DNA of 64,000 bases, from assembly GCA_025450175.1 (NCBI GenBank), contig JANWHY010000008.1, positions 56,289 to 120,288 of the forward strand, written 5' to 3'. Positions 37,724 through 46,275 of the stretch are shown one piece after another. The position numbers were made by a program, and so were the translations under genes. Position 1 is the first letter of the stretch, and each line of letters opens with the position of its first letter. The notes beneath the pieces are model-generated. The model saw only the letters and a program-made list of their open reading frames with translations, did no database searches and was not told the origin of the DNA. This DNA comes from Minisyncoccota bacterium (lineage in GTDB: Bacteria > Patescibacteriota > Minisyncoccia > Phycocordibacterales > Zambryskibacteraceae).

Positions 37724-37765
37724 GTTTCTTGTGAAAACTTAATATATTAGGTTTCATATGAAACT
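37723..37765. promoter_or_regulatory. two parS-like palindromes
   Basis: TGTTTCTTGTGAAAAC and GGTTTCATATGAAACT, each 12/16 to TGTTTCACGTGAAACA. Confidence 0.45.
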
Positions 37766-37920
37766 TAATAAAGTCTTTAATGAGGGACAATTAAACTTTA
37801 AGCCATTGATGGCTCTTATATTATGTCTTTTAGTACACAGTTTCCACACTATTATCCCCAGTTATGCAAATTTATTGCCTAATTCTCATTTTCTACCAAC
37901 ATATTTTTAGATTTGACCAA

Positions 37921-38146
37921 AGAAAAACCGCCACAACGGTTCCGTGCAGCGGTTCGTCCCGCCATGTCCCATAAAGGACTTGCGGAACTTAAAAGAGCTA
38001 GAGATACCGGGCGCTGATCCACAAGATCATTAATTAAGAAAGTGAGGACCTGTGATCTAACCCAAAACCTCTTCGAACTAAATATCAGAATGTGCCATGT
38101 GCAACCTATCAAAGTCAGAGGACTTCTAAGGTGCACGTCTAGAAGT
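37921..38146 (-). ncRNA. candidate structured ncRNA, unassigned
   Basis: several stems plus a pseudoknot on the minus strand; ends in AACCGC...GCGGTTTTTCT terminator; no credible ORF. Confidence 0.5.
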
Positions 38147-38236
38147 ATTGTATGCCACTAAAGGACAAAATTCTATAAGTTAATATATGAAAGTGGGGAT
38201 AACTTATTTGTCTCTTAAACTAAGCTATTTTATAGC

Positions 38237-39010
38237 CTATTTTAAGGTTATTTGGACAGGACAATGGTCTGAGCCATATACCTTGTCCATTATTTCTACT
38301 GACTTTATCTTTTTCAACACTTCTTTAGAGGCGAAGAAGTAGTCTATCCTCCATCCTACATTTCTCTCTCGGGCAAATGTTTTCTGATCCCAATATGTAT
38401 AAGCATCTTTTCTGTCTGGGTAAAAGTGGCGGAATACGTCTGCCCAACCGTGTTTAATAAGTTTATCCACCCAGGCTCTCTCTATAGGTAGGAAGCCTAC
38501 ATGGGTTTCATTCTCCTTGGGTCGAGCGAGGTCCACTGGGGTGTGAGCGACGTTAAAGTCCCCGCAAAGGATTATATTCGGGTGTTCCATGTGTAACTTA
38601 TCGGCAAATTCTAAGAAATGATCAAAGAAATCGAGTTTATATCGCAACCTTTCTGCTGGGCCGCCACCATTAGGAAAATATATGTTAATGAGTATAAAGT
38701 CCTTATATTGGGCCATTATTAAGCGCCCTTCTTGGTCCATCTTCTCTATACCTATATCACGTGAAACTTTTATAGGCTTCTCTTTACTATAAATAGCCAC
38801 CCCACTGTAACCCTTCTTCTCGGTAGGGAAGTGGAAATAAGCATGGTAGCCGTTTTTTAGATGCCCAAGCTCATCTGGGAGTTGTTCTGGCAGGCTCTTA
38901 GTTTCTTGGAGGCAGAGGATGTCAGGTTTCATCTGAAACATTTCCTGGATGTTGCCCTTGCGGTGGACAGCCCTTAAGCCATTGACGTTCCAGGAGATGA
39001 TTGTTGTCAT
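38237..39010 (-). CDS. xth: exodeoxyribonuclease III
   Basis: SWNVNGLRA, CLQETK, GYSGVA, GDFNVAH, GWRIDY, SDHCP. Confidence 0.96.
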   Translation of the reverse strand: MTTIISWNVNGLRAVHRKGNIQEMFQMKPDILCLQETKSLPEQLPDELGHLKNGYHAYFHFPTEKKGYSGVAIYSKEKPIKVSRDIGIEKMDQEGRLIMAQYKDFILINIYFPNGGGPAERLRYKLDFFDHFLEFADKLHMEHPNIILCGDFNVAHTPVDLARPKENETHVGFLPIERAWVDKLIKHGWADVFRHFYPDRKDAYTYWDQKTFARERNVGWRIDYFFASKEVLKKIKSVEIMDKVYGSDHCPVQITLK

Positions 39011-39095
39011 GTATACATTTTAACCTAGTTTGCTAGGATAGTGGTAGACGTGCGGCTCCTTACTCCCGCATGCTCCGGCATGCAGAAAGGTTCTT

Positions 39096-39737
39096 ATGAA
39101 ATCTCTGTGTGTCATTGTCATGGCTTTGTGCCTGACTGCCTGTGGGGGCACTTCTCCTACAAGTCCATCGGTAGAAGAAGCCGCACCGCCGGCAGTGGTT
39201 CTCAAGGCTTCCTTGTCGACTCTCTCACCAGAGGCAAGCAGCTACTACCGACCTATTGCTGAATTCAATAGGAGGATGATCATCCGAGGAGAATCTCCGC
39301 TCAAGGTCAGTGCTCCTGAGTGGGACCCTACAGTGGTTCGTCTTGCGACGAATTTCTGGGAGGAGGTTACCCAAGGGAAGGCTCAATTCCAGATCGTGGA
39401 TGATCCTCTTCAGGCACATGCGGTGCTTAAGTTCGCGGAGATTGCCGAGGGCTTTTGTGCTATTTATCAGACTAACAATATAAGTCGGACCGGTCTGGTT
39501 ATTCTCACGAATATCTCCTTCCGTAGGCAGCCAGCGTCGTGTAGTGAAGCTAGAGTTATCGCTCACGAACTGGGGCATACCCTTATTGGGTTACTCGGGG
39601 ACACCAAGGGGCACACCCCGACTGTGTATGGCGACGTGATGATGGTTTCGGCCGTAGCACTTGCATCTTCGCCAGTGCTGAGGGAAGTAGCGAATTTCAT
39701 ATGGTCGTACCCTCCTGGTACGCCCATCATCGATTAG
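39096..39737 (+). CDS. lipoprotein, metzincin-like Zn metallopeptidase
   Basis: lipobox LTA-C, HELGH..G.....GH, downstream Met; SD AGAAAGG. Confidence 0.7.
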   Translation: MKSLCVIVMALCLTACGGTSPTSPSVEEAAPPAVVLKASLSTLSPEASSYYRPIAEFNRRMIIRGESPLKVSAPEWDPTVVRLATNFWEEVTQGKAQFQIVDDPLQAHAVLKFAEIAEGFCAIYQTNNISRTGLVILTNISFRRQPASCSEARVIAHELGHTLIGLLGDTKGHTPTVYGDVMMVSAVALASSPVLREVANFIWSYPPGTPIID

Positions 39738-39751
39738 GCAGTCTTCTAAGT

Positions 39752-39786
39752 GAGGGTGGGGAAGTACTCCCCACCCTCTATTTTTT
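39752..39786 (+). terminator. intrinsic terminator
   Basis: GAGGGTGGGGA-AGTAC-TCCCCACCCTC followed by a T run. Confidence 0.85.
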
Positions 39787-39826
39787 GTTTATGATATAAT
39801 TTTTGCAGTTAAGATACTTTATATAC

Positions 39827-40231
39827 ATGAATAAAAAAGTAATACTTGCTCTAATTGTTGTCGTAGGTATAGCAGGTGGTCTTATTTACAAATTTGGCCC
39901 GATTAGCTCGATTAATAAATTAACTGGTGAAATCACTGAAGTTGGTGAGAATTTTATAGTAGTGAAAGGCTATTTGAGAAAGGAAGGTCGGGTTGTCCAA
40001 TTTATTATTACACCCAATACAGAATTTAATAAATCTATTTTAGCTGTTAGTTCTGAGAAGCTAGCCGCTCCTGGCCCGGTTGCTCCTGAAAGAAGAATAG
40101 TTAAAGGAGAAAAAACTGATCTTGTTGTGGGCAAGGTTTTGGTAGTGTACAGCCAAGATAATTTACTAACCGTGAGTAAGACTGAGGCTATTAAGATTGA
40201 TTATGTAGGAGGTTATGAATTTTCTAAATAA
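39827..40231 (+). CDS. membrane-anchored small beta (OB-like) protein
   Basis: N-terminal TM helix; GEITEVGENFIVV, DLVVG; probable ATG 39827. Confidence 0.6.
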   Translation: MNKKVILALIVVVGIAGGLIYKFGPISSINKLTGEITEVGENFIVVKGYLRKEGRVVQFIITPNTEFNKSILAVSSEKLAAPGPVAPERRIVKGEKTDLVVGKVLVVYSQDNLLTVSKTEAIKIDYVGGYEFSK

Positions 40232-42206
40232 TTTTATGAATAAGTTAAGATCAAGATTAATATATTTGCAAAAAAGATTTATATGGGTTGGTTTAGCTAT
40301 TGTGTTGTTAGCTAGTTTCTCTACTCACAACTCTATCCAAGCGGTTGCGGATTGGGATTGCATCACACCTTCTGCTGTTCAACAGTGGACCGGAGGTTTG
40401 CAGAATCCTTCAGTTTCAGCTGAGCAGGAGTGTGATGTTGAAACTGAGACTGGTTTTCATGCCACATCATTCTGGGCGAGCTACACAACTGATTATGAAA
40501 CTAGTGGTGAGTCTGCAATCACCTCTACTATGGCGGCTTGCGCCAGTGATGCCGATGGGGGCAATTCTTTGTGTGATTCTGCTGATACTTTTTCCATGTG
40601 TGGAGAGTGCCCCGGAGATCATTCAGGTTCTGCTACTGATAGTTTTATTGTAGACGCTCCTCCAGGCTCTAATTGGAAGATGGGAACTATTTTCATCTAT
40701 GTCTATGCTTCTCCTGACACTTCTCTTGTCTCAGCAGTAGGACAAATGGCTTTAGATCCTGTGCTTGATGATGGTGGAGCTCCTGTTCAATGTAATGATG
40801 GAGCGGATAATGATGGTGATAGTCTGATCGACTTTCCCAATGACCCAGGATGTGATGATGCAGCTGATAATGATGAAACAAATGGCGGGGGAGGACCTAC
40901 TCCTGAGCCCCCACCCCCACCTCCGTCACCAGTACCTCCAGGAACTCTCTATATATTGCCAAATCCAGTCCATGTCACTGTTGGTGAAGAAGTGTGGCTC
41001 TTCCCTTATGAAGATGACCACATTGGCAATGCTAGTGATTGGTACACGGCAGATGACGGTATCGCTACTCCTGTCTATGAGGTGAGTGATAAGGTTAGAG
41101 TCTTAGGAGTTTCTGTGGGTACCACAGAACTCTATTTTAGAGCCGGTATTCCATCAGAGCCGGCGACGATTATTGTTGAAGATCCTACACCACTAGCATG
41201 CCCCTTTTCGGCGCAATCTGGCAGAATAATAGTTAACTTTCCAGCACCCTACATTTATGATTCTGGCCCTCAAATTGATGCCACATCGGGACCTGTACCC
41301 ACCTCTATCCCCGCTGGTACCTACACTGTTAGTGCCTTCTCTTATGACTTTAGGCACTTACCACCAGGGGATGGTAGTCAGCCCCATGAGCAGTGGCTTG
41401 CTCAGTTATTCGATAGTTCTAGCAACCTCATACAAAGTACATCAGTGACCACCGAGTTGGGAGATGGTGAAATAAGTCATACTAATGCCCCTCTGAATGT
41501 GAACTTCGATGTTCCAGAAAATATTGCAAGTGTTAGTGCCTATATGCCGAGTTGGCCTCAATTTATAACTGCTAGCAGTATCACGCCAGGCTGTGTTGCC
41601 TTCGATTTAGTTTCTACGCAAACATTTGACTACGTCCTCTCTAACGCAGGCAATATATCTGTCACAAAATCTGCAACTGAGAATCGTAGCGTACAAAATA
41701 CTGTCACCAAGATACTTACCAATGGTTCAGCTGAGGCCGTGAGCTTGGATGTCTCGGGAGTGCCAAGCGGCGTATCTTATTCCATCTCTGGTATCAACTG
41801 CTCTCCGACTTGTCAGTCTGTAATTACCTTTACCGTTGCGCCAAGCGCTACCACGGGTACCTACCTCATCACTGTTACCGGGACTCCGCTCGGCCATCAA
41901 ACCTCTTTCAACCTCACCATTAACCCGGGCGCATTCGGCGCTACTTCTTGCAGTGTGGATCCTAATCCAAGCTTTGTAGGCAGAACGGCCTCCTTTACCT
42001 CCTCGGCTCAAGGCACCCCTCCAATAACTTACTTGTGGAGTGGTGATGTCCCCAGTCCAGCGCCTACCACGGCAAACTTCACTCATATCTACACCACGAG
42101 TGGACCGAAGAGTGTCACCGTCACCTTCACCGATGGAGATTCCAATATCGAGAGTTGTGTCCTCAACTTCAATGTAGTTCTCTCTCCCAACTTCCGTGAA
42201 TTTTAA
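40215..42206 (+). CDS. multidomain surface protein (Cys-rich, Asp-rich CxDGxDNDGD motif, poly-Pro linker, Ig/PKD-like domains)
   Basis: signal/TM segment, CNDGADNDGDSLIDFPNDPGC, PEPPPPPPSP, YLWSG..YTTSG PKD-like end. Confidence 0.75.
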   Translation: MNFLNNFMNKLRSRLIYLQKRFIWVGLAIVLLASFSTHNSIQAVADWDCITPSAVQQWTGGLQNPSVSAEQECDVETETGFHATSFWASYTTDYETSGESAITSTMAACASDADGGNSLCDSADTFSMCGECPGDHSGSATDSFIVDAPPGSNWKMGTIFIYVYASPDTSLVSAVGQMALDPVLDDGGAPVQCNDGADNDGDSLIDFPNDPGCDDAADNDETNGGGGPTPEPPPPPPSPVPPGTLYILPNPVHVTVGEEVWLFPYEDDHIGNASDWYTADDGIATPVYEVSDKVRVLGVSVGTTELYFRAGIPSEPATIIVEDPTPLACPFSAQSGRIIVNFPAPYIYDSGPQIDATSGPVPTSIPAGTYTVSAFSYDFRHLPPGDGSQPHEQWLAQLFDSSSNLIQSTSVTTELGDGEISHTNAPLNVNFDVPENIASVSAYMPSWPQFITASSITPGCVAFDLVSTQTFDYVLSNAGNISVTKSATENRSVQNTVTKILTNGSAEAVSLDVSGVPSGVSYSISGINCSPTCQSVITFTVAPSATTGTYLITVTGTPLGHQTSFNLTINPGAFGATSCSVDPNPSFVGRTASFTSSAQGTPPITYLWSGDVPSPAPTTANFTHIYTTSGPKSVTVTFTDGDSNIESCVLNFNVVLSPNFREF

Positions 42207-42251
42207 TTAACTCGCTCTCTTCATCTCGTGCCATGATAGAATTATTTAATC

Positions 42252-44006
42252 ATGCACATTAACGAGCAAGAATTAGAAAGTTTTATGATCGACTCGGGAC
42301 TTGTTACCGAGAAAGACATTACACTTGCTCGCGCAGAGGCGGAGAAAGAGGGGGCACTCCTCGGCAAGGTCCTAGTGCGTAAAGGCTTTCTCTCCGAAGA
42401 TGACCTGCGTAAGATGCAGGCTTATCTCCTGGGTATCCCATTTGTAGATCTTAAAAATCAGCGTCTAGATTTCTCTGTCTTATCGCTCATTCCAGAACCT
42501 GTGGCCAGGAACCACAACATCATCGCTTTCAAGAAGACCAATGACAGTCTCGAAGTAGCGATGCTTGATACCGAAGATCTGACGGCTATCGACTTCGTCA
42601 AGAAGAAGGTTGGTTTGAAGATCTTGCCTCGCCTCACCGACTCCGACTCTATGAAGTGGGCTCTCATGTCGTATCAGAAAACTCTTAAGGCCGAGTTCGG
42701 TGACCTTATCCAAGAAGAGGCTAAATCTCTTTCAAAGGTGGGTCCAGGAGTGGAGAGGGAAGATGTCTCAGAAGTAGAGTTGAAGAAGCTTGCTGCCGAT
42801 ATCCCAGTCGTGCGCATAGTCGACACACTACTTAAGCACGCCATCATCCAAGATGCCTCAGACATACACATCGAACCAGAAGAAGATAAGGTGCTTGTGC
42901 GTTATCGCATCGACGGCATCTTGCGAGATGCTATGGTCCTGCCTAAGAACACAGGCTCTGGTATTACCGCCCGTATAAAAGTGCTTTCCAACCTAAAGCT
43001 AGATGAGAAGAGGGTCCCGCAAGATGGGCGCTTCAAGATTGAGGCTGGCGAAGAAAGGGTCTCCTTCCGTGTCTCCACTCTACCTGTCTACTATGGAGAG
43101 AAGACGGTGATGCGTGTCCTTAGAGAAGGAGCTTCGGGATTTACTCTCGAGAGTTTGGGATTCCACGGACGAGGGTTAGAGGATCTCCATAGCTCAACCA
43201 AGGTTACGACCGGCATGATCTTGGCTACTGGTCCTACTGGTTCGGGTAAGACGACGACACTCTATACCATGCTCGATATTGTAAACACCCCAGATGTAAA
43301 CATTTCTACTATTGAGGATCCGGTGGAGTATCAGATGAAGCGCGTCAACCAAACCCAAGTAAGACCAGAAGTGGGGCTGACATTCTCCAATGGTCTGCGC
43401 GCTCTTGTGCGCCAAGATCCAGACATCATTATGGTGGGGGAGATCCGCGACAACGAGACGGCCTCCCTCGCTATCAACGCCTCGCTTACTGGGCACCTCG
43501 TCTTCTCTACCCTTCACACCAACTCAGCCGCAGGCGCCATCCCACGCCTACTTGATATGAAGGTGGAGCCCTTCCTCCTTGTCTCGACCTTAAATATTGT
43601 CATCGCTCAGCGCTTGGTCAGGAGGCTTGCTGCATCGAAGACCAAATACTTTTTAAACAAAGAAGAGCTCGACACACTTTCCAAATCTGTTTCTCTCGAT
43701 CGCATTCTCACGATATTGAAGGAGGAGAAAATTGTAGATAAGAAAGCTAAGTTCGAAGAAGTGCCATTCTGGAAGCCGATCCCGTCTAAAGATAGCGAGG
43801 ATGGTTACTCGAGCCGCATCGGTATCCACGAAGTTCTACCTGTCACCAACACTATTAAAGAGTTGATTATGAAAGGTGCTACTGCTAATGAGATTGAGGA
43901 GCAAGCCAAGACTGAAGGTATGATGACCATGCTTGAGGATGGCATCTTCAAAGCTGTCCAAGGTGTAACTACTATCGAAGAAGTGCTGCGGGTAATCTCA
44001 GAATAA
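42252..44006 (+). CDS. pilB: type IV pilus extension ATPase PilB/GspE
   Basis: ASDIHIEP, PQDGRF, GPTGSGKTTT, EDPVEY, RQDPDIIMVGEIRD, TGHLVFSTLHTN. Confidence 0.95.
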   Translation: MHINEQELESFMIDSGLVTEKDITLARAEAEKEGALLGKVLVRKGFLSEDDLRKMQAYLLGIPFVDLKNQRLDFSVLSLIPEPVARNHNIIAFKKTNDSLEVAMLDTEDLTAIDFVKKKVGLKILPRLTDSDSMKWALMSYQKTLKAEFGDLIQEEAKSLSKVGPGVEREDVSEVELKKLAADIPVVRIVDTLLKHAIIQDASDIHIEPEEDKVLVRYRIDGILRDAMVLPKNTGSGITARIKVLSNLKLDEKRVPQDGRFKIEAGEERVSFRVSTLPVYYGEKTVMRVLREGASGFTLESLGFHGRGLEDLHSSTKVTTGMILATGPTGSGKTTTLYTMLDIVNTPDVNISTIEDPVEYQMKRVNQTQVRPEVGLTFSNGLRALVRQDPDIIMVGEIRDNETASLAINASLTGHLVFSTLHTNSAAGAIPRLLDMKVEPFLLVSTLNIVIAQRLVRRLAASKTKYFLNKEELDTLSKSVSLDRILTILKEEKIVDKKAKFEEVPFWKPIPSKDSEDGYSSRIGIHEVLPVTNTIKELIMKGATANEIEEQAKTEGMMTMLEDGIFKAVQGVTTIEEVLRVISE

Positions 44007-44007
44007 T

Positions 44008-45219
44008 ATGGCCTTTTATAAGTACGAAGCTAAAGATAAAGAAGGGAAGATTTATGAGAAAACTGCCGAGGCTCATAGCCGTTACGATATCTACGCTCTC
44101 ATTCGCGAGGAAGGTGGCACTCCTGTCTCTATCCATGAAGTAAGGAAGATCAACCTCTTCGCCTCTTTTGAAAACCTTTTCGGCAATGTCAAAGCCGATC
44201 AGAAAATCAATTTTGCAAAAAATCTAGGGTTAATGATGGACGCCGGGCTCTCGGTCACTCGCGCACTCTCTGTCATGAGTCGCCAGTCCAAGCGTAAGGC
44301 TTTCAAAGTTCTTCTTACTGATATAGAGAACGACGTGAGTAAGGGCGAGACTCTCTCGGCCGCACTAGGTAAGAGGCCCAAGGTCTTCTCAGCCCTCTTT
44401 GTTTCTATGGTTAAGGCGGGGGAGGAGTCGGGGAATCTCTCGGGATCTCTCAACATTGTGGCAAGCCAGATGGAGAAGACTCACCTCTTGGTCAAGAAGG
44501 TGCGGGGGGCTCTCATCTATCCTGGCATCATCATTACGGTGATGCTCATCATAGGTGGACTCCTTCTTATATTTATGGTGCCGGTGATGACAGAGACCTT
44601 TGAGGGCATAGGGGCCCAGTTGCCACTCTCTACTCGTATACTCATTGGCTTAAGTGACTTTCTCATTGCCAATACCATCCTCGTGTTAGGAGGGTTAATG
44701 TTACTAGTACTTGGGGGGATTGCCTTCTTCAAAAGTGCGATGGGTCACCGCGTGGTGGACATAATAGTGCTACGTATCCCAGTGATTGGAGAAATTATCA
44801 AGGAGTTCGAGTCTGCGCGCACTACTCGCACTCTCTCCTCACTTCTTTCTGCCGGAGTAGAAATTATTGCCGCCATGGATACCACTCTCGAAGTAATCCA
44901 GAACCATTTGTATAAAAAAGTTTTGAAAAAAGCCCGGTCTGCCGTAGAGAAGGGCGAGCCTATCTCAACCGTCTTTGCTGAGAATAGTCGTATCTATCCA
45001 CTTTTTGTGGGAGAGATGATGGCCGTGGGAGAGGAGACGGGCAAGATCTCCGAAATGCTTATGAATGTAGCCACTTACTATGAGGGGGAAGTGGATCAGA
45101 AGACCAAGGACCTTTCCACTATCATCGAGCCTATCCTCATGATTATCATTGGTATAGGTGTAGGCTTCTTCGCCATATCCATGCTTGCTCCAACTTATTC
45201 ATTGGTCGACTACATCTAA
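44008..45219 (+). CDS. pilC: type IV pilus platform protein PilC/GspF
   Basis: two T2SSF repeats (AGEESG, VGEETG), ALIYP, IIEP. Confidence 0.94.
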   Translation: MAFYKYEAKDKEGKIYEKTAEAHSRYDIYALIREEGGTPVSIHEVRKINLFASFENLFGNVKADQKINFAKNLGLMMDAGLSVTRALSVMSRQSKRKAFKVLLTDIENDVSKGETLSAALGKRPKVFSALFVSMVKAGEESGNLSGSLNIVASQMEKTHLLVKKVRGALIYPGIIITVMLIIGGLLLIFMVPVMTETFEGIGAQLPLSTRILIGLSDFLIANTILVLGGLMLLVLGGIAFFKSAMGHRVVDIIVLRIPVIGEIIKEFESARTTRTLSSLLSAGVEIIAAMDTTLEVIQNHLYKKVLKKARSAVEKGEPISTVFAENSRIYPLFVGEMMAVGEETGKISEMLMNVATYYEGEVDQKTKDLSTIIEPILMIIIGIGVGFFAISMLAPTYSLVDYI

Positions 45220-45668
45220 TGCATAAGTTTAAAAAATATAATCAAGGATTCACCTTCGTCGAAGTGGTGATCGCTATTGCTATCCTGATCCTCTTCACCG
45301 TTGGTGTGTATCGTGGATATCGAGCAGTCTATGATGCTCTCGCCGCCGCTCACCATAAGGCTCTAGCTGTCGACCTGGTAAACGAGCGCTTCGAGATTAT
45401 TAAGAACCTTCCATACGCAAGTGTTGGCACAGTAGGCGGAGTGCCGGTAGGGGTCATCACTCCGGTGCAAAACACTACTCGGGACAATGTCGCCTTCCGC
45501 ATCACCACTGCAATAGTAAATGTCGATGATCCTTTCGATGGTGTGGCTCCGGCTGATGCCTTCCCTCGGGATTACAAACTCGTAGAACTCAAGGTGGAGT
45601 GTGTCACTTGCCGTATGAGTCCAGTGACTATTACTGGTAGAGTGGCTCCCACGAATCTTGAAAGTTAA
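45219..45668 (+). CDS. minor type IV pilin (PilV-like)
   Basis: class III signal QG|FTFVEVVI. Confidence 0.85.
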   Translation: MHKFKKYNQGFTFVEVVIAIAILILFTVGVYRGYRAVYDALAAAHHKALAVDLVNERFEIIKNLPYASVGTVGGVPVGVITPVQNTTRDNVAFRITTAIVNVDDPFDGVAPADAFPRDYKLVELKVECVTCRMSPVTITGRVAPTNLES

Positions 45669-45669
45669 T

Positions 45670-46272
45670 ATGACAAACTTCCGAACAAAAGGTTTCACCC
45701 TCATAGAATTCCTTCTTTCGGTATCTATTGCTATTGTGGTTGGCTTCGTCGTCTCCACTTTTATGAAAGATATTATCGGCTTGGGGTCGAAGGCTCAGTC
45801 CAACATGACAGCGGTACTCGAGAGTAGGAAGATTTTGTCTGTTATTGTCTCGGAGTTACGCTCCACCATTCCCTCAGCTCTAGGTTCTTATGCTATTGAG
45901 ACTGCCGCCACAAGTTCTGTAACCTTCTTTGCAGATGTAAACTCCGATGACATCGCCGATCGCGTAAGATATTTCCTCGATCCCCCTACTAAAAGTATTA
46001 AGAGAGGAGTGATACTTGCATCTGGTACTCCCCCGGCCTATACCTTGCCAGAAACTTTCTCCACTCTTATCTCAGGAGTATCGAACAGTACCTCTACCCC
46101 AATATTTAATTATTACGATGCCGCTTACGACGGCACGACGAACCCTCTTACATTCCCAATCAATATTACTTCGGTGCGCCTGATTAAGGTGACCGTGTGG
46201 GTCAACGACCCGAAGGGGACAGATCCTGTCATCATGACCTCACAAGCCATGTTAAGAAATCTCAAAGACTAG
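45670..46272 (+). CDS. minor type IV pilin (PilW-like)
   Basis: class III signal KG|FTLIEF; ends LRN. Confidence 0.85.
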   Translation: MTNFRTKGFTLIEFLLSVSIAIVVGFVVSTFMKDIIGLGSKAQSNMTAVLESRKILSVIVSELRSTIPSALGSYAIETAATSSVTFFADVNSDDIADRVRYFLDPPTKSIKRGVILASGTPPAYTLPETFSTLISGVSNSTSTPIFNYYDAAYDGTTNPLTFPINITSVRLIKVTVWVNDPKGTDPVIMTSQAMLRNLKD

Positions 46273-46275
46273 AAT

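Noticed and set aside
37879-38136. 85-aa ORF over the ncRNA candidate
   Set aside because: Atypical composition, and it runs through a terminator; an RNA structure explains the region better
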